A stretch of DNA of 64,000 nt from Macrostomum lignano. Its lineage: Eukaryota. Shown piece after piece: positions 63,992 through 64,000 of the stretch; the first letter of the stretch is position 1, and each line of letters begins with the position of its first letter. The notes under the pieces are model-generated. The model was not told the origin of the DNA, made no database searches, and saw only the letters and a list, made by a program, of their open reading frames with translations. The translations under genes and the position numbers were made by a program. The stretch covers positions 124,001 to 188,000 of the forward strand of contig NIVC01001124.1 in assembly GCA_002269645.1 (NCBI GenBank), written 5' to 3'.

Positions 63992-64000
63992 CTAGCTGTC

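Overview
Eukaryotic, intron-containing, repeat-rich animal DNA. The RTE-type retroposon family, (AGAC)n microsatellites and GC-rich exons in AT-rich introns suggest the flatworm Macrostomum lignano; this is inference and was not checked. Host genes, all on the minus strand and with exons reconstructed by hand from splice sites and reading phase: an orphan 3-exon gene (~222 aa), a ZDHHC9/14/18-type palmitoyltransferase containing a U12-type AT-AC intron, SNX8/Mvp1, two tandem SLC34 (NaPi-II) Na+/phosphate cotransporter paralogues, an intronless 272-aa PARP-family ADP-ribosyltransferase ORF set among inverted modular satellite arrays, and a probable terminal transmembrane exon at the window end. 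A nested transposon cluster lies between the SLC34 copies (long-TIR mariner derivative, Crypton-like tyrosine recombinase, Mag-type Gypsy, Harbinger), and RTE and second Gypsy fragments sit inside the second copy's duplicated segment. Several MITEs with target-site duplications and many different minisatellites are scattered through the window; most long ORFs in the supplied track are satellite artefacts.
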